The translations under genes were made by a program, and so were the position numbers. From the NCBI GenBank assembly GCA_964252035.1, contig OZ176203.1: 64,000 nt of DNA. One strand, given 5' to 3'. Numbering within the stretch: position 1 is the first letter of the stretch; each line of letters opens with the position of its first letter. The notes beneath the pieces are model-generated. The model was not told where the DNA came from, ran no database searches, and saw only the letters and a program-made list of their open reading frames with translations. This stretch comes from Podarcis erhardii. Its lineage: Eukaryota. This document shows, piece by piece, positions 50,010 to 62,992 of the stretch.

Positions 50010-50287
50010 NNNNNNNNNNNNNNNNNNNNNNNNNNNNNNNNNNNNNNNNNNNNNNNNNNNNNNNNNNNNNNNNNNNNNNNNNNNNNNNNNNNNNNNNNNN
50101 NNNNNNNNNNNNNNNNNNNNNNNNNNNNNNNNNNNNNNNNNNNNNNNNNNNNNNNNNNNNNNNNNNNNNNNNNNNNNNNNNNNNNNNNNNNNNNNNNNNN
50201 NNNNNNNNNNNNNNNNNNNNNNNNNNNNNNNNNNNNNNNNNNNNNNNNNNNNNNNNNNNNNNNNNNNNNNNNNNNNNNNNNNNNNNN
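50010..50287. other. Assembly gap
   Basis: 278 N. Confidence 1.
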
Positions 50288-51449
50288 ATTGTGGTTTTCT
50301 TCCAAAAGGAAGGAGGGGTGGGGTGGGGAGGGGGAGGAAATCAAGAAAGGCAAATAGAAATTTAACAGTTCACACAACAGTCCATTTTATGGCATAAAAA
50401 GACAAAGCATTTTCCAGCATTGTTTGTTGAATGAGTTCATATAAAGAAGGATCCTTCATCGTGCCTTCGGTTATCAAGAGGAATATAAAAGCATGCAATA
50501 GATAGATTAAAGGAATTTTAAACAGAAGCCGACTGCCAAACAAAACAAAAATCGTAGCTTTTACTACTCCAGTGCTTTCAACATTTTCCAGCATAAAGAT
50601 TCTCAACAGCACACACAAAAAAAGATAAAAGCAGGGCTTTCATATTTTTGAGAACTAAAATATGGAAAATATTCTACTCACTTATTTATCATATATAAAT
50701 ACATGCAGGCACACCCAATATGCTCCTCACTCTTACAGAAAATACACTAAGTATATCTGTACATTAAAAAAGAAAATTAGATTGCAACGTATTTAATTGA
50801 CTAAACCATGGGGCACACCACCCAAGGTTTGCTACCTCAGATTACCTTTACAAAGCCACTACTCAACAGTATTTGCAGAATGAGTTTTTAAAGATGCTTT
50901 TATATAAAACTATCTAAATTTCTGCCCGTATAAAAGACAGTCTTTGATTTTTTGATGCAGAAGTCAATGGAACAGTAGCTATCCCACACCAACAGCTATT
51001 CATGGAGGACAGGGGGCTGATTTCTCACTGTTTTTTCTCTCTCTCTAAACCTAAATGCAAGAAAGCCAAACCCTCCTCAGGATAGTAAGGGACACTAAAA
51101 CTGGAAGAACATGGCCAAATAACAACTGTCCAGAAATTGACTTAATAATACAGAATGGTGCACACTTTTGTAGGAAATGCAAATTCCTTCACACCGAACA
51201 TTCACGTGACATAAACGAATCTGCATTTACCACAAGAAGTGTGCACCTTTGGTTCTATTCAGATTTCAAGTCAAAATATTTTTTTTAAAAAGTCCAAATC
51301 TGTGTCAGTGCCCATTTGAGGTTGGTTTGCAAGCAACCATTTGTGCTAACCATGGTTTGCAGCAACTAGATTTACAACCACTAATAAACAGTTACGGCCA
51401 TTGCTCTATGGAGAAATATGCCATTATTTACGTAATGACCATGTCAATA

Positions 51450-51675
51450 CAGTGGTACTTTGGTTGTCGAACTTAATCCATTCCAGGAGTCCTTTCGACT
51501 CCTGGAATCATTCGAAAACCAAGGCGCAGCTTCCGATTGGCTGCAGGAGCTTCCTGCACTCAATCGGAAGCCGTGTCAGATGTTCGGCTTCTGAAAAATC
51601 TTCACAAAGAGGAACACTCACTTCCGGGTTTGCAGCGTTTGGGAGTCAAGCCGTTCAACAACCAAGGTACCACTG
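51450..51675. mobile_element. Tigger/pogo-like MITE with a different internal sequence
   Basis: TA|CAGTGGTACTTTGGTTG...CAACCAAGGTACCACTG|TA. Confidence 0.88.
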
Positions 51676-52620
51676 TACATAAATGGTTGTATTCAGACTT
51701 ATGCTCAGAAGAGCAGGAAAAAACAAAGGGGGTGGATTTTGCCAATTCCTCCTTTTCCCTGTAGCTGCCAGGAAACTCCCTTCGGAGGGATGCAGAGCCA
51801 TGAGAAGTGGTACAGGGGTCTGCTCCAGAAGGCGGTCTCTGCTGCATCTCAGTTGCTTACATAAACGGAAAGAACTATTCCATTCACAGAAGTGACAGTC
51901 AGGGTCCAACCTGTGTACTTCACAAAGGAATTAAGTTTTGGAAAAGACAGTCCTTGTTTCAAGAAGCTTTCAGGCTAGATTTTAAAAAGAAATAGAAGGA
52001 CAAAAGGAAGGTGGGGTGGGGTGGGGAACAGGAAATTATTGATATTAATGGAGAATATGAACAATGACTTGCTTACTTCAGCCAAGTCTATCTGAATTTA
52101 CAAAGATGTAAAAAACCTATGCCTTGGGTCATAAGTGAAAGCCTATACAGTCTTAAAAATAAGCATGTTTGAAACCATTTTCCTTTTTTCCCATTTGCAC
52201 AAAGTTAGGCAAAATATTCTTCTTCTTTTTTCAGGATAAGGTAAGCACTGTAAGGCTTTCTGTTCTACTGGAATAAGTTTCAGTAGTTCATACCAAAGAT
52301 ATACTGAAATCTTTCATATTATACGCTGAATTTCAAAGTGCTTTGGATCAAATCCTCAGCCTACACACAACTGCATCATTAAACTCAACTGGCTGCACCC
52401 AGTGATAAAGCTCTGGCGGCACAAGGGTTTTTCCATATGAGCAACAGAACTTCCTGCCCAGTCCCTTCCAGCTTCCTGCACAATCAAGTTTTGGAGGGTT
52501 GAGGGACCCTCTGGAACAGATATCTGTACCAAGATTTCTTGGTACAGAGAAGAGGAAACAAAAGTCCCATTTCACCAGCAGAAGCCCACTGGTGTATCAT
52601 TAGATACAATCAAATTAGTA

Positions 52621-52867
52621 CAGTGGTACCTCGGGTTCCAGACGCTTCAGGTTCCAGATGCTTCAGGTTACAGACTCCGCTAACCCAGAAATAGTACCTC
52701 GGGTTAAGAACTTTGTTTCAGGATAAGGACAGAAATCGTGCAGCAGCGGCATGGCAGCAGCAGCAGCGATAGGCCCCATTAGCTAAAGTGCTCTTCAGGT
52801 TAAGAACAGTTTCAGGTTAAGAACAGACCTCCAGAACAAATTAAGTTCTTAACCCGAGGTACCACTG
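52621..52867 (+). mobile_element. Tigger/pogo-like MITE
   Basis: TA|CAGTGGTACCTCGGGTT...AACCCGAGGTACCACTG|TA. Confidence 0.92.
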
Positions 52868-52960
52868 TATTATAAATTTATATAAATTATACATTATTAA
52901 ATCAGGACTATCGTAAATGTAGGCATTTTGTATAACAAAATCTCAGCATCAATTGTATTA

Positions 52961-53186
52961 CAGTGGTACCTCGGGTTAAGAACTTATTTCGTTCCGGGGG
53001 TCCGTTCTTAACCTGAAACTGTTCTTAACCTGAAGCACCACTTTAGCTAATGGGGCCTCCCACTGCTGCCACGCCGCCGGAGCACGATTTCTGTTCTCAT
53101 CCTGAAGCAAAGTTCTTAACCCGAGGTACTATTTCTGGCTTAGCGGAGTCTGTAACCTGAAGCGTATGCAACCCGAGGTACCACTG
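52961..53186 (-). mobile_element. Tigger/pogo-like MITE, inverted relative to 52621-52867
   Basis: Same TIRs and TA flanks. Internal sequence is the reverse complement of the neighbouring copy. Confidence 0.92.
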
Positions 53187-53299
53187 TATTATATTTAAAA
53201 CATATATAGTGCCCACAAGTAACACTGGTTGCACACAAGCACGTTTAACTGATATAGAGTGCCACAGGGCTTAAATCAGGCATTCCCTACTCCCTAAAC

Positions 53300-53762
53300 C
53301 AGGCAAAATCCATTTCGGGGGCCTAATCCGGCCTGCTGGTTGGTTTTATCCGGCCCCTATTTTTATCCCTTATTACCTGGGATGATGAAGAAGAAGAGTT
53401 TGGATTTGATATCCCTAAGGAGTCTCAAAGCGGCTAACAATCTCCTTTCCCTTCCTCCCCCACATCAAACACTCTGTGAGGTGAGTGAGGCTGAGAGACT
53501 TCAGAGAAGTGTGACTAGCCCAAGGTCACCCAGCAGCTGCATGTGGAGGCGCAGGGAATCGAACCCGGTTCTCACCAGATTACCAGTCCATTGCTCTTAA
53601 CCACTACAGCACACTGGCTCTCACACTGGGACACACTGGGATAAAACCCATAAAAACCTCAACAACTTCAATCCTAAAAGCAGCTCAACAACTTTGCTCA
53701 GCCCTCACAGCCCTTCAGTTCATCAAATCTGTCCCTCTTTGAAAAAAGTTTGAACACCACTG
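53300..53762. mobile_element. Charlie-like MITE interrupted by a SINE
   Basis: 5' part CAGGC..GGGGGCCTAATCCGGCC..TTTTATCCGGCCCC and 3' part CCCTCTTTGAAAAAAGTTTGAACACCACTG. Possible degenerate TSD CCCTAAAC/TCCTAAGC. Confidence 0.5.
53381..53620 (-). mobile_element. Squam3-type tRNA SINE
   Basis: Reverse complement of 39639-39895. Confidence 0.85.
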
Positions 53763-56700
53763 TCCTAAGCCATATAGGTGAGATGAAGGAAGCACATGCA
53801 ATTCTCAAGTAGGAAGTTCCAGTTCTGTAGCACTGACTGCTATTTCGCTCCAAGTTCTCCGGCATTGTTTGAAGCTCTATCTACTTCCCTGTACTCTGCC
53901 TCGTTTACCTAAAATTTCCTTGGCCACCAATGCTCAGGACTGGACAGAGAAGGGGAAGACTTTTCCCTCAAACTGCTTTCTGAGGGAACCTGAATTTCCT
54001 TCAGGAGAAGAGCAGCAACAGCGACAATCTTTTTTCACAAGATGGCATGTTGCCCTGCATTATGCAGTCAGGAGGAGGAATTAAGTGTATTCTAGGGCCA
54101 ACCCTCAGCTAATGGAGAGTGACGATGGGAGAGTTCTATGGGTGTTCCCTCCACAGGCATGTTGATGGGGAGTGTATGTTACTCCAAGGTAGAAGTTTGG
54201 AAATTACTGCTTTAGACAAAAGAGCAATTTTCAAAATCTTCTAATAGAGCAAATATTAATGAACTGCATAAGTGAACATTCATGTGAAATAAAGGCGGGG
54301 GGCATTCATCTTTTTTTCAGATAAAGAAAAGCTTTGCACTGGGGTTAATTGTTTGTAACAAATCTACATCCCATCAAGTCACTCTGAGTAATTGGGGAGG
54401 CTGCTGGAGCCCTGTCTTCTCTCACAGTAGATTATATTCTCAGAGGGGAAAATTGGTAGTTTTTTGGTTGTTGTGTTTTTTTTTAAAAAAATGAACACCC
54501 CAATACAACATTAGCTATACTCAGCATGTGTAATTAGACCCATTTAAGTCCCTCCAAAAGAGCCCAGGCTTGCACTGATGAATGACTTCCTCAATGGCAG
54601 TCCGGGATCAAGTTAGTATTTTAAATTAATTGCTAAGGATTTATTAATATTATGAAACTGCTTTAAATTTGATTTTAATTGTTTTGTTATTATTTAATTT
54701 CGCGAACCACCCTGAGGGTCCGTTTTGGCTTTGTGCTGGGACAAGAAATATATATATAAAATGGCTGACAGAAATAAACATTACTTTTTATAAAATAGAC
54801 AAGAAACCAATGAGCAGGAGAAAAAGCAGGATGCCAGAGATTGATTAATAAGAGGCATTGTGGTGCAGAGGACATTTTCAATGCATCTGGATGAGGCTAA
54901 AATGTGATTTAAAGACTATGGATCAAAAAGTCAGGACTGCATCCCCTTCAAACACACACAAGCTTAGCTTGGACATACACAACTAAAGAAGACGAAAAGA
55001 AACAAGGGCTACCCCTACCATTACCTTAATGAGGGGGGACTGGATCACAAATTAAACCCCATTTTATCACACTTAGCCATGCCATACTATCAGATGCATG
55101 CCCAGTAGTATCAGTTCTAGAAAGAGAGCTTCTGAAATGATTTTGAGATGCATTCTCAACAAGGAAAACGAAGGAACACCAACAAGATCAGCACATCCCA
55201 AACTGGATGCAAGTTCTTGCTAAAAACTCAGCACTCCATTCTGGCATTCTCAAATTTATCTCCCCCCCTCCACTCCCCTTCCCTTATGTGACTTGTCTTT
55301 CTTTTCATTGGTAAGCTTGGGTCTTACTTTCATACGCGGAAAGTACCTGCCACGTACAAAACTGTAACTGAGCTGAACTGCTTCAGGAGACAGTTTCCGT
55401 GTGAAAAGCAGTATATGTGACCACAGGCACCTGCAGAAAGTAACTGGCAGAACAACAGCTGACTTGAGATCATCCTTGACAGAAAGAATCTCTGTGTGTA
55501 AGCATTTACAGACAAACACACATAAAGATGGGTGCTTGCTTAGTTCTGTATTTAGCTTTATGCTTAAAGCTGAAATTAAGTTTGCAAAGTCTCCAAGCGA
55601 TAGGTAATAACACCGGGATGATCTGCCTCGGTTTGTTTGTTTTTAAGGGGTATGCATGGATTTAGTCATGTGCCTCTTTAATTAATATGGACGACTGTCC
55701 TGAACATGTTTTACCTAAAGGTCTCTTTCTATATTGGCGTATCACCTTTTAGACCAATAGCTTGTTCAGTTAGATAAAAATGTAGTATGCTCTCGGGAGG
55801 AGTTCTCAGGAGGATAGGAGGACCAATAAATTAACTGTTACCATATGTTTGACTCTTTTGGGCCAAATTCAGTCATAAACCCTTGCCAAACCACATTTTG
55901 GCAGAGAATCGCCTAAAGTAGCTTTCACTCTAACGTAAATAAGGAGCAAATGAAAGAGAGCTTGGAAATTAACAGAAGAAACGGCTTTTAAAGCCTATTA
56001 TTGACAGAATAGCGTGTAGAAAATTATTTAAACAAAGCCAGTAAATGCATTCGGCTGTATCAATAAAGCAACTGGATCATCGAAAGACAATTATTCTCTT
56101 AAATTAATACAGAAAAAGAGCAAGTATTTAAAGCAAACTAGCACTGCAATATCAGATATGTTACAAGTTCAAAATTTGTGAATGACACTATAGTTTTCTT
56201 GCATTGTAGCAACATTATTTTACCCCGATTAGCAAAAAAGAAATATTATAGTCTTGCCTGCAAGACATAAAGCAGTAACTTTAACATTTTTACACAAAAA
56301 GACCATTTTGAAATATGTATTTTTAAGGGAAACTAGGGGTGATTGTGGTAAAGTGGAAGGAAGAAGTTGAACATCTGTGAATTATAAAACTTATTTTTAC
56401 AAATATAATAAATGTGAACGGATGACATTTTTACATATAAGGTATCCACTAATGAGCTGATGTATAATATTTTTTGTTTCAGATTTCCAAGCTACATACT
56501 CAACAGTAGTCTGCACTGATGGCTATGTGGCTCATCTAAACAAATTTAGGCTACATTTCTATACACATTTACTTGTGAGTAAGTCCACTAGTGGTGCTTG
56601 CGTATGAGCAGACATGTATAGGATTGCACTGTTAATTTTAAACACGAAATGTAAAATACACTATCTAGAAATTGTTGTTTATTTTACAGGAAGAATATTA

Positions 56701-56966
56701 TTCATGTCGATGATTTCTGGTTTTGCTGATGAATCTCTTCACCTTCTGACATTTTAAAAGGTAACATTTTTGAAAAGTCGTGGTACTGAAATTACATTAG
56801 TTTGCAAAACATACCCACCGTTTAAAGTATTTAAGAGGGTTAAACAAAAATGCAAACGCTTAATGCAACATTAAGCATGTGAAATAAAAACTAGATTGCT
56901 TAGGAAGCATGCTATGCTGTTACCCTAGTGACAAGTTAAAAAAATAAAGGAAAGGAAAAAGACTGC

Positions 56967-57194
56967 NNNNNNNNNNNNNNNNNNNNNNNNNNNNNNNNNN
57001 NNNNNNNNNNNNNNNNNNNNNNNNNNNNNNNNNNNNNNNNNNNNNNNNNNNNNNNNNNNNNNNNNNNNNNNNNNNNNNNNNNNNNNNNNNNNNNNNNNNN
57101 NNNNNNNNNNNNNNNNNNNNNNNNNNNNNNNNNNNNNNNNNNNNNNNNNNNNNNNNNNNNNNNNNNNNNNNNNNNNNNNNNNNNNNNNNNNNNN
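56967..57194. other. Assembly gap
   Basis: 228 N. Confidence 1.
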
Positions 57195-58199
57195 TGCAGG
57201 GAGCAGAGGAGTACTCTAACAATAATGTCCCATCCAGCTCCTGCAGCAGAATCAAAGGAAAGATTCATCTTCAGAATTGCAAACCCCCCACCTACAAATA
57301 TGCATATGAAAACTCGTATACAAAACTCACTTCCTTAGCAACCAGGCTCCAAAATGCCACAGAACTAGTTCCATGAGCCAAAGGACTCTTAAGACTTCCC
57401 TTTCTGTCAAACCAGATGCCACATTTTTGAAAGCTTCAAAAAATAATAACTGAAAGCTTCAAAAACACTTTACAGTATGACATCACATGGGGTCAACTGT
57501 CCAGACCAAACAAAAGGTGTGTTTTTTTAAAAAAAAAATCCTTTACCCATGCTTCAGTCCTCGGGCAAGGAAAGTATCCTGGCCAAATGAAGCAAACATA
57601 CTAGAGATCTGAAAACAATATGTGCACCTAGAGATTATGAGGAGCCAACTATTTCTCTCAACCCAACACAAAATGGCCTGCTTAGGCGACAGCATGTGAT
57701 GAGATAACTGGTCCTTATCTCTGATGTGTTTCAAGGTTCAAGAGGCTCTGCAGTAAAAAATGCTCAACCACTGAACATGTGAACAGCTGAGTAAATGCTC
57801 AGCTAGTGGCAGTCTGCTGTATTCTCATTATTATATTTTTTTGCTGTAGTTTGGTTGACGTTTTAGTTAATTAACATTTTATTGTATGGTTTTATAGAGT
57901 GATAAGATGCAAGCCATCAGTGGAACTGATGAAGAATGGAACATTTAGCCATACTCGTGGCAAAGACTAGAGTTCAATACTCACCTTTCTGTCATCCCTT
58001 TCTGTCATATTGTAAACATCGCAGTTAGTGATAGCACCATAGAAGACATTCATTGCATTATACAATTATACAATCAAAGCAATGTGTTTATAGAGTTTTC
58101 AGTTTAACAGTGGCAAAAAATTCAGCAAGATAAATCTTAAGCCACAGAGACAAGAGTTGTAGAGGTGCCAGGCCCAAACCCTAGGACCCCTTAAATTAG

Positions 58200-58332
58200 A
58201 GAATGGGAAATTGTGTTCCTTCAGATGTTGTTAGACTACAACTCCTGTCTTCCCTAACTATTTCTCATGATGGCTCCAAATAATGGAAGCAGAAATCCAA
58301 CATCATAATAGTCACTGGTTGCCCACCCCTGG
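58200..58332. mobile_element. Old Charlie-type MITE
   Basis: TCAGATGTTGTTAGACTACAACTCC core and GGTTGCCCACCCCTG end. Confidence 0.55.
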
Positions 58333-58801
58333 ATTAAACCGTACCTTTGTAACATGCAAAGAAGGGGAACTACCAGGTACAGCTTGAGAGCCTAGTGTCC
58401 TGTGCATTTTCTCTAACTTGAATAAAAATTTACAGACCTCTGCTTTGAATACACTAATTATCAAATGCAACACAAAGCTTATTAACTAAAGTAGTGGAAA
58501 AGTGTAAGTGGGAAATCTTTGACTAACATCTCACTTCATCCATAAACCAAACAGAATACCATAGGTGAGTCACACTTTTGACCTTCCTGAGAAATATCTG
58601 GTTCCTTTGGACAGTCCTACCCCTTCTAGCTTCTAATATTTGATCTGGTTGAGAAATAAAATGGCATATCCTTGTTTAGGAACAGTTCAAAGGGTTAAGG
58701 GCAGAACAACTCTAGGTTTGTACTGGCCAATGCACATTTGGTGTCTTGGGTGGAATGAGCAGATCAGAAATGATAGCTGCTTGCAACCATATCCTTAGAG
58801 A

Positions 58802-59161
58802 CAGGGGCAGAGGAAAGGGGGTGCGGTGGGTGTGGGTCGCCCTGGGTATCGCCACTGAGGGGGGTGACAAAATGCCGGGCGGCACTCACCACGGGGGCCT
58901 GCAGTGCGCCCAAGCCATATGTCTCTCCTGGGAGTGACGCGGTGGCTTGAGTGCGCACATGCTGCGCGCTGCCCCAAATGGTCCACCCACTGCTTCCCCC
59001 TCAGCTGTAGGGCAGCTGAGTGGGAGGAGGTAGGCAGACTCCTCGGATGTCCCACAGAGCGTCCTGCCCCGGCTGGCCTCACCCCGTGGGCGGCTGGCCC
59101 CACCCCTGGGTGCAGGGCACGTGCGCCGCCCCAGGTGCCCGATCGGCTCGCTCCACCACTG
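58802..59161. mobile_element. GC-rich hAT MITE (360 bp)
   Basis: Perfect 8-bp TSD CTTAGAGA (58794-58801 and 59162-59169). Imperfect TIRs CAGGGGCAGAG / CTCCACCACTG. Confidence 0.9.
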
Positions 59162-61569
59162 CTTAGAGATGCAGGCAGGTTGGCCAATAGAGATAGAGAC
59201 TAAGAACAGGCTTGCATGATATTTCAATAAACGTAACAGCCTATACTCTTATGTCTCCACCACAGCCACCCAACCACACAGGAATGTTACGAAAGAATTA
59301 CTGTGATGGCGTGAAGTCTTTGTACATAAATCCTAATATATTATTATTAAATGACACTTCCTGAATTTTGCATCATTTGTTCTGTTAGCCTGTTTTTATT
59401 CTATTAAAATTACATTCCAAAAATTTGTGTCCCTTCCCATTCTCTTTGCCTCAATAAATATATATTATAATCACCATTCACTTAAAGTTAATTTGAAACC
59501 GTATCACAACTGTTCACATAATGGTAATGATGAATCTAAAAATATTCAGATAAACTATTGTGAAAGTGTTATGGGCGCAGAAATGCAAATGCTCATGGGG
59601 ATAACAATATAACTGTGGCTATTTCAAATACATTATGTATTTACATTTAATATTTTTCATTTCAGTGATCTCTGTTTGAAGTGCTGAATACAATTTACAA
59701 TCTTTAAAAAATATATTCTGAAGATACTTTAAGAGAGGCACCTATTGGGTCCATTTTACAATTCAAAAATAAATAAATCCAACATTACAAAAGCATGCCA
59801 GAGGGGTGTGGGAGCAGAGAACACATACGAGACCTCTCAATGGCAAGTTCCTTTGTCTTTAAAAGGAGAAAGGTTTAAAATGTCCTCGTTTTAAACACAG
59901 AGCCAATTTTTCCTCAAGCATGCTACATCAGGTAATACAGGCATGCAGCAAACCGTGGATTTTTCCAAGCTATGAATGATGGGAGGCCAAAACCAATAGA
60001 GAAATTAGGAAAATAAGCTTTGCAGCCAACACAAGCAACACATAGGAAGTGCTGTAGGCAATCGGCTTTGGAAGTGTAAACATTACATTAGTAGACCCAA
60101 GAGAGGACCACACCTGGAGCACTTGCTCTCCTATTCCCCCGTCCAAACTGCTAATGAAAATAAAGACTCCCATTAGTTGAACATCACTTTTAGTTTGAGA
60201 GATCTTGGCTACGCTAAACAAGCTAGATTCTCTCAAGCCAAACTATGTTCACTGGAAACTGTATAATAATCTGACATCATGATAACCGCAGGATTGTTGT
60301 TTTATCGCCTAATGTAAAAATTACTTGAAGCAATGGGTGGCACCCACTTGACAATAAACCAACCTATTGAAAAAATACAGTAAATGCTACGTATAATGGT
60401 TCAAAACAGTGCAAAATATATTCACAGCTACTTCCTGTAAGAAATCTGTGCCCCTGTTATCCAAGAAGCCTATCATCACATTGACCCACGTGATATCAAG
60501 CATTTAGATAATTACTTATTAAACAGAAATCTGCTGCGATTTTTCCTAAGAAAAAGAATGCTTGAAAAGCTAGCTTTAAAACTGATCAAATAAAAATATA
60601 TATATTTTTAAAAAGTTCTGAACTGAATTAATAGGAAGCAAAAATACACACTTCTCTTGCTATAATTGCAACAGAGCCACTTTTACATACTGTCCTCACC
60701 CCAATCAACTGCACATCCAGCATGGTCCTCCGCTGACACTTCCCAGCTCCACCACTGATGTGGCCAAGGGGTGGAGGTAGTAAAAGAATGTGAGGTAGCA
60801 GAGAAGTAGTTAAAAACAAGAAAGGGACAATCGCCCCTATGGCTACCACCCATTCAAATGAGTCACCCAAATCACAGTGCACAATGCCCCACAAGCCAAT
60901 AACGATCAGGTAGAGCAAAAGTCAGCAGCAATTATAAAACCTGCTGTTGTTTTTAACTCCATTTATTTTTCTGAGAAAATCAATTGTGTATTGTTTTTGT
61001 TGATAAATCAGCTTCACTGGCCAAGACAAATTCTGCAATTGGGTTATTGTTACAGTTCCCCAAGGTTTACACACACACAAATGGTTATAAAAGCAATACA
61101 CATTACAAATCATTAATAAGGACAGAAGAAGACCCTGCCTGATCAGAATGTGGTCCATGAAGTACAGCATCCTGTTCTCACAATGGCTAATTAGATGCTT
61201 AGGAGAAGCCCACTAGCAGGACCCGAGTGCACTTTCCAGCAACTGGTTTTCTGAAGCCAACTCCTCTGACGTATAGAGATTTCTGTGCAAAGCAGACTTA
61301 CAGTAACTAATGCTAACTATGCCCTTTAGTCCTCCATTGGTTAGACAAACAGACACCTTCTCCAATGCAGAATCAGATATGTAACATGGTACAAGCACAT
61401 GTTAAGGGTTGATGAAGTATACTGTCACAGGTTTTTCTTTTCTTTTTCTGCAAAAAGTTGCAGCCATTTATCTGCAATTTATTTTTTACTGCAGTCAGTA
61501 TTTATTAAGAACCCTTTTAGTAAAAAAACAGGAAAACGTTATTAGTTGTCATAATCACTGAGGACAGAC

Positions 61570-61680
61570 CGAAAGGTAAATGGGTTTAAATTGCAGAGAG
61601 ATAGGTTTAGGTTCATTATCAACAAGATTTTCTGACATAAGAGGAGGCAGACAATGGAATATAATCACAAAAAAGGGGGT
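61570..61680 (+). mobile_element. Old CR1 3' fragment
   Basis: AATGGGTTTAAATTGCAGAGAGATAGGTTTAGGTT..CAGACAATGGAAT resembles 28150-28230. Confidence 0.5.
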
Positions 61681-62992
61681 CAGAGATCTCCATCACCGGA
61701 TTTTTCCCCCCTGTTGTGCATGCAACACAAACAACTTGAATGTAAGTGGATTTTCTTCCTGACAGATGAGTCCAAATGATAGGCCTAGCAATCCTAAGGT
61801 TTTGTCTGCTAGTCTGCTTTCATTAGGAAATGTTATAGCTATTATCAACAAAGCAAACTGAGAGCATAGCTTGCTCAAAAAAAAGTAAACAAATCGTTCA
61901 AAATTCACTATATTGGAAAAGCTTGATATTTGGCCTGGACACAAACAAGAACTGCCAGTTCTCCAATACTTATCGCACTTGACTCAAGACAAAAGTTGTG
62001 AAGCACAACTAAGAGAGCAAGGTGAAGAAGGTAAGCGTATCTGACACAATATCGACTTAAGCAAACCCTTTCATGATGTCCAACAGAGGTGGCTAATACT
62101 CCTATAGCTAGAGAGGTCATGCTTTCTTCACACAGGAAATAATAACTGAAATAAGATAAGGGAGGCTATATTTTCCTATATGCCTAGAGAGTTTGCATTA
62201 CAAAACACTGTGCATTTATTATATAGCAATACTTGTATTTTGGAATTTGGGTGAGGCTCCCCCCCCTTAATAAGCTATTCTGTTAAATCACAAGTGCTGT
62301 GTTTGAATTAGGGATGCTGTTATTTTAAAAACAAAAACAAAGCTGCTTTGTTTAACAAGCCAGCTTCATGACCGACGGTTAATGGAATCAGATTTGGTTT
62401 TAAACCAGGGTCTTTGGTTCAAATGTAAAACCAGGCCAGGTTTCTACAAAAATGAAACTAAGCTCTGCCATGCTAGATAAGGAGACAGGAGGGGAGGCGT
62501 GTGAGCCCAACACTTTACTCACATTCATTCAGACTTCTCCATAAACTATGGCTTAGCATTATATGTCAGTATGACCTATGGCATGGTCACTAACCGTTTT
62601 TTCCATGAATAAAGGGAATTTTCAGGTGAATTTTTCATTTCCCACTAACCAAAGGGATCTTTTCACAAGCACAACTCACCATGTCACTATGATTAGGGTT
62701 GAAAGTTAATTTACACACCTTCAAGGTTTTGCACACATCTAGTAAAATCTCAAAACTTTTTTCTTTGAAAAGCAGGCTCACATTTCATCATCACAAACGT
62801 CCCTGAAATTTTGCATTTCAGCAGCAGATTGTCAGAGATGACTGCTGTCTGGGAAGCACAAGCTTGTTGGACAAGTGGAACTAGTTGCATGATCTTTTGT
62901 ATCCTGGTCTACGTCTATGCTACCTTTAACGCCAAAATCATTTCAAGCAGGAAATGGTCACCCATTTAAAATAATTTGGTAACTAATTTGGT

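Noticed and set aside
50370-50618. Minus ORF with FMLENVESTGVV resembling PCCA exon 22 (FMLEKVTEDTSSV)
   Set aside because: Wrong position (upstream of exon 19), no splice sites, and similarity is confined to a few residues.
56690-56760. Plus-strand exon-like segment (TTTTATTTTACAG|...AAAG|GTAACA), a possible antisense transcript
   Set aside because: Stops in all three frames, no partner exons established, and such matches are expected by chance in 64 kb.
13901-57268. ORFs containing X runs (13901, 13915, 43255, 43286, 49946, 49958, 56920, 56936)
   Set aside because: Artefacts of N gaps.
57979-58100. Perfect minus-strand donor AAG|GTGAGT at 57985
   Set aside because: No suitable acceptor upstream, the phase-2 frame has stops, and the peptide is unlike exon 18.
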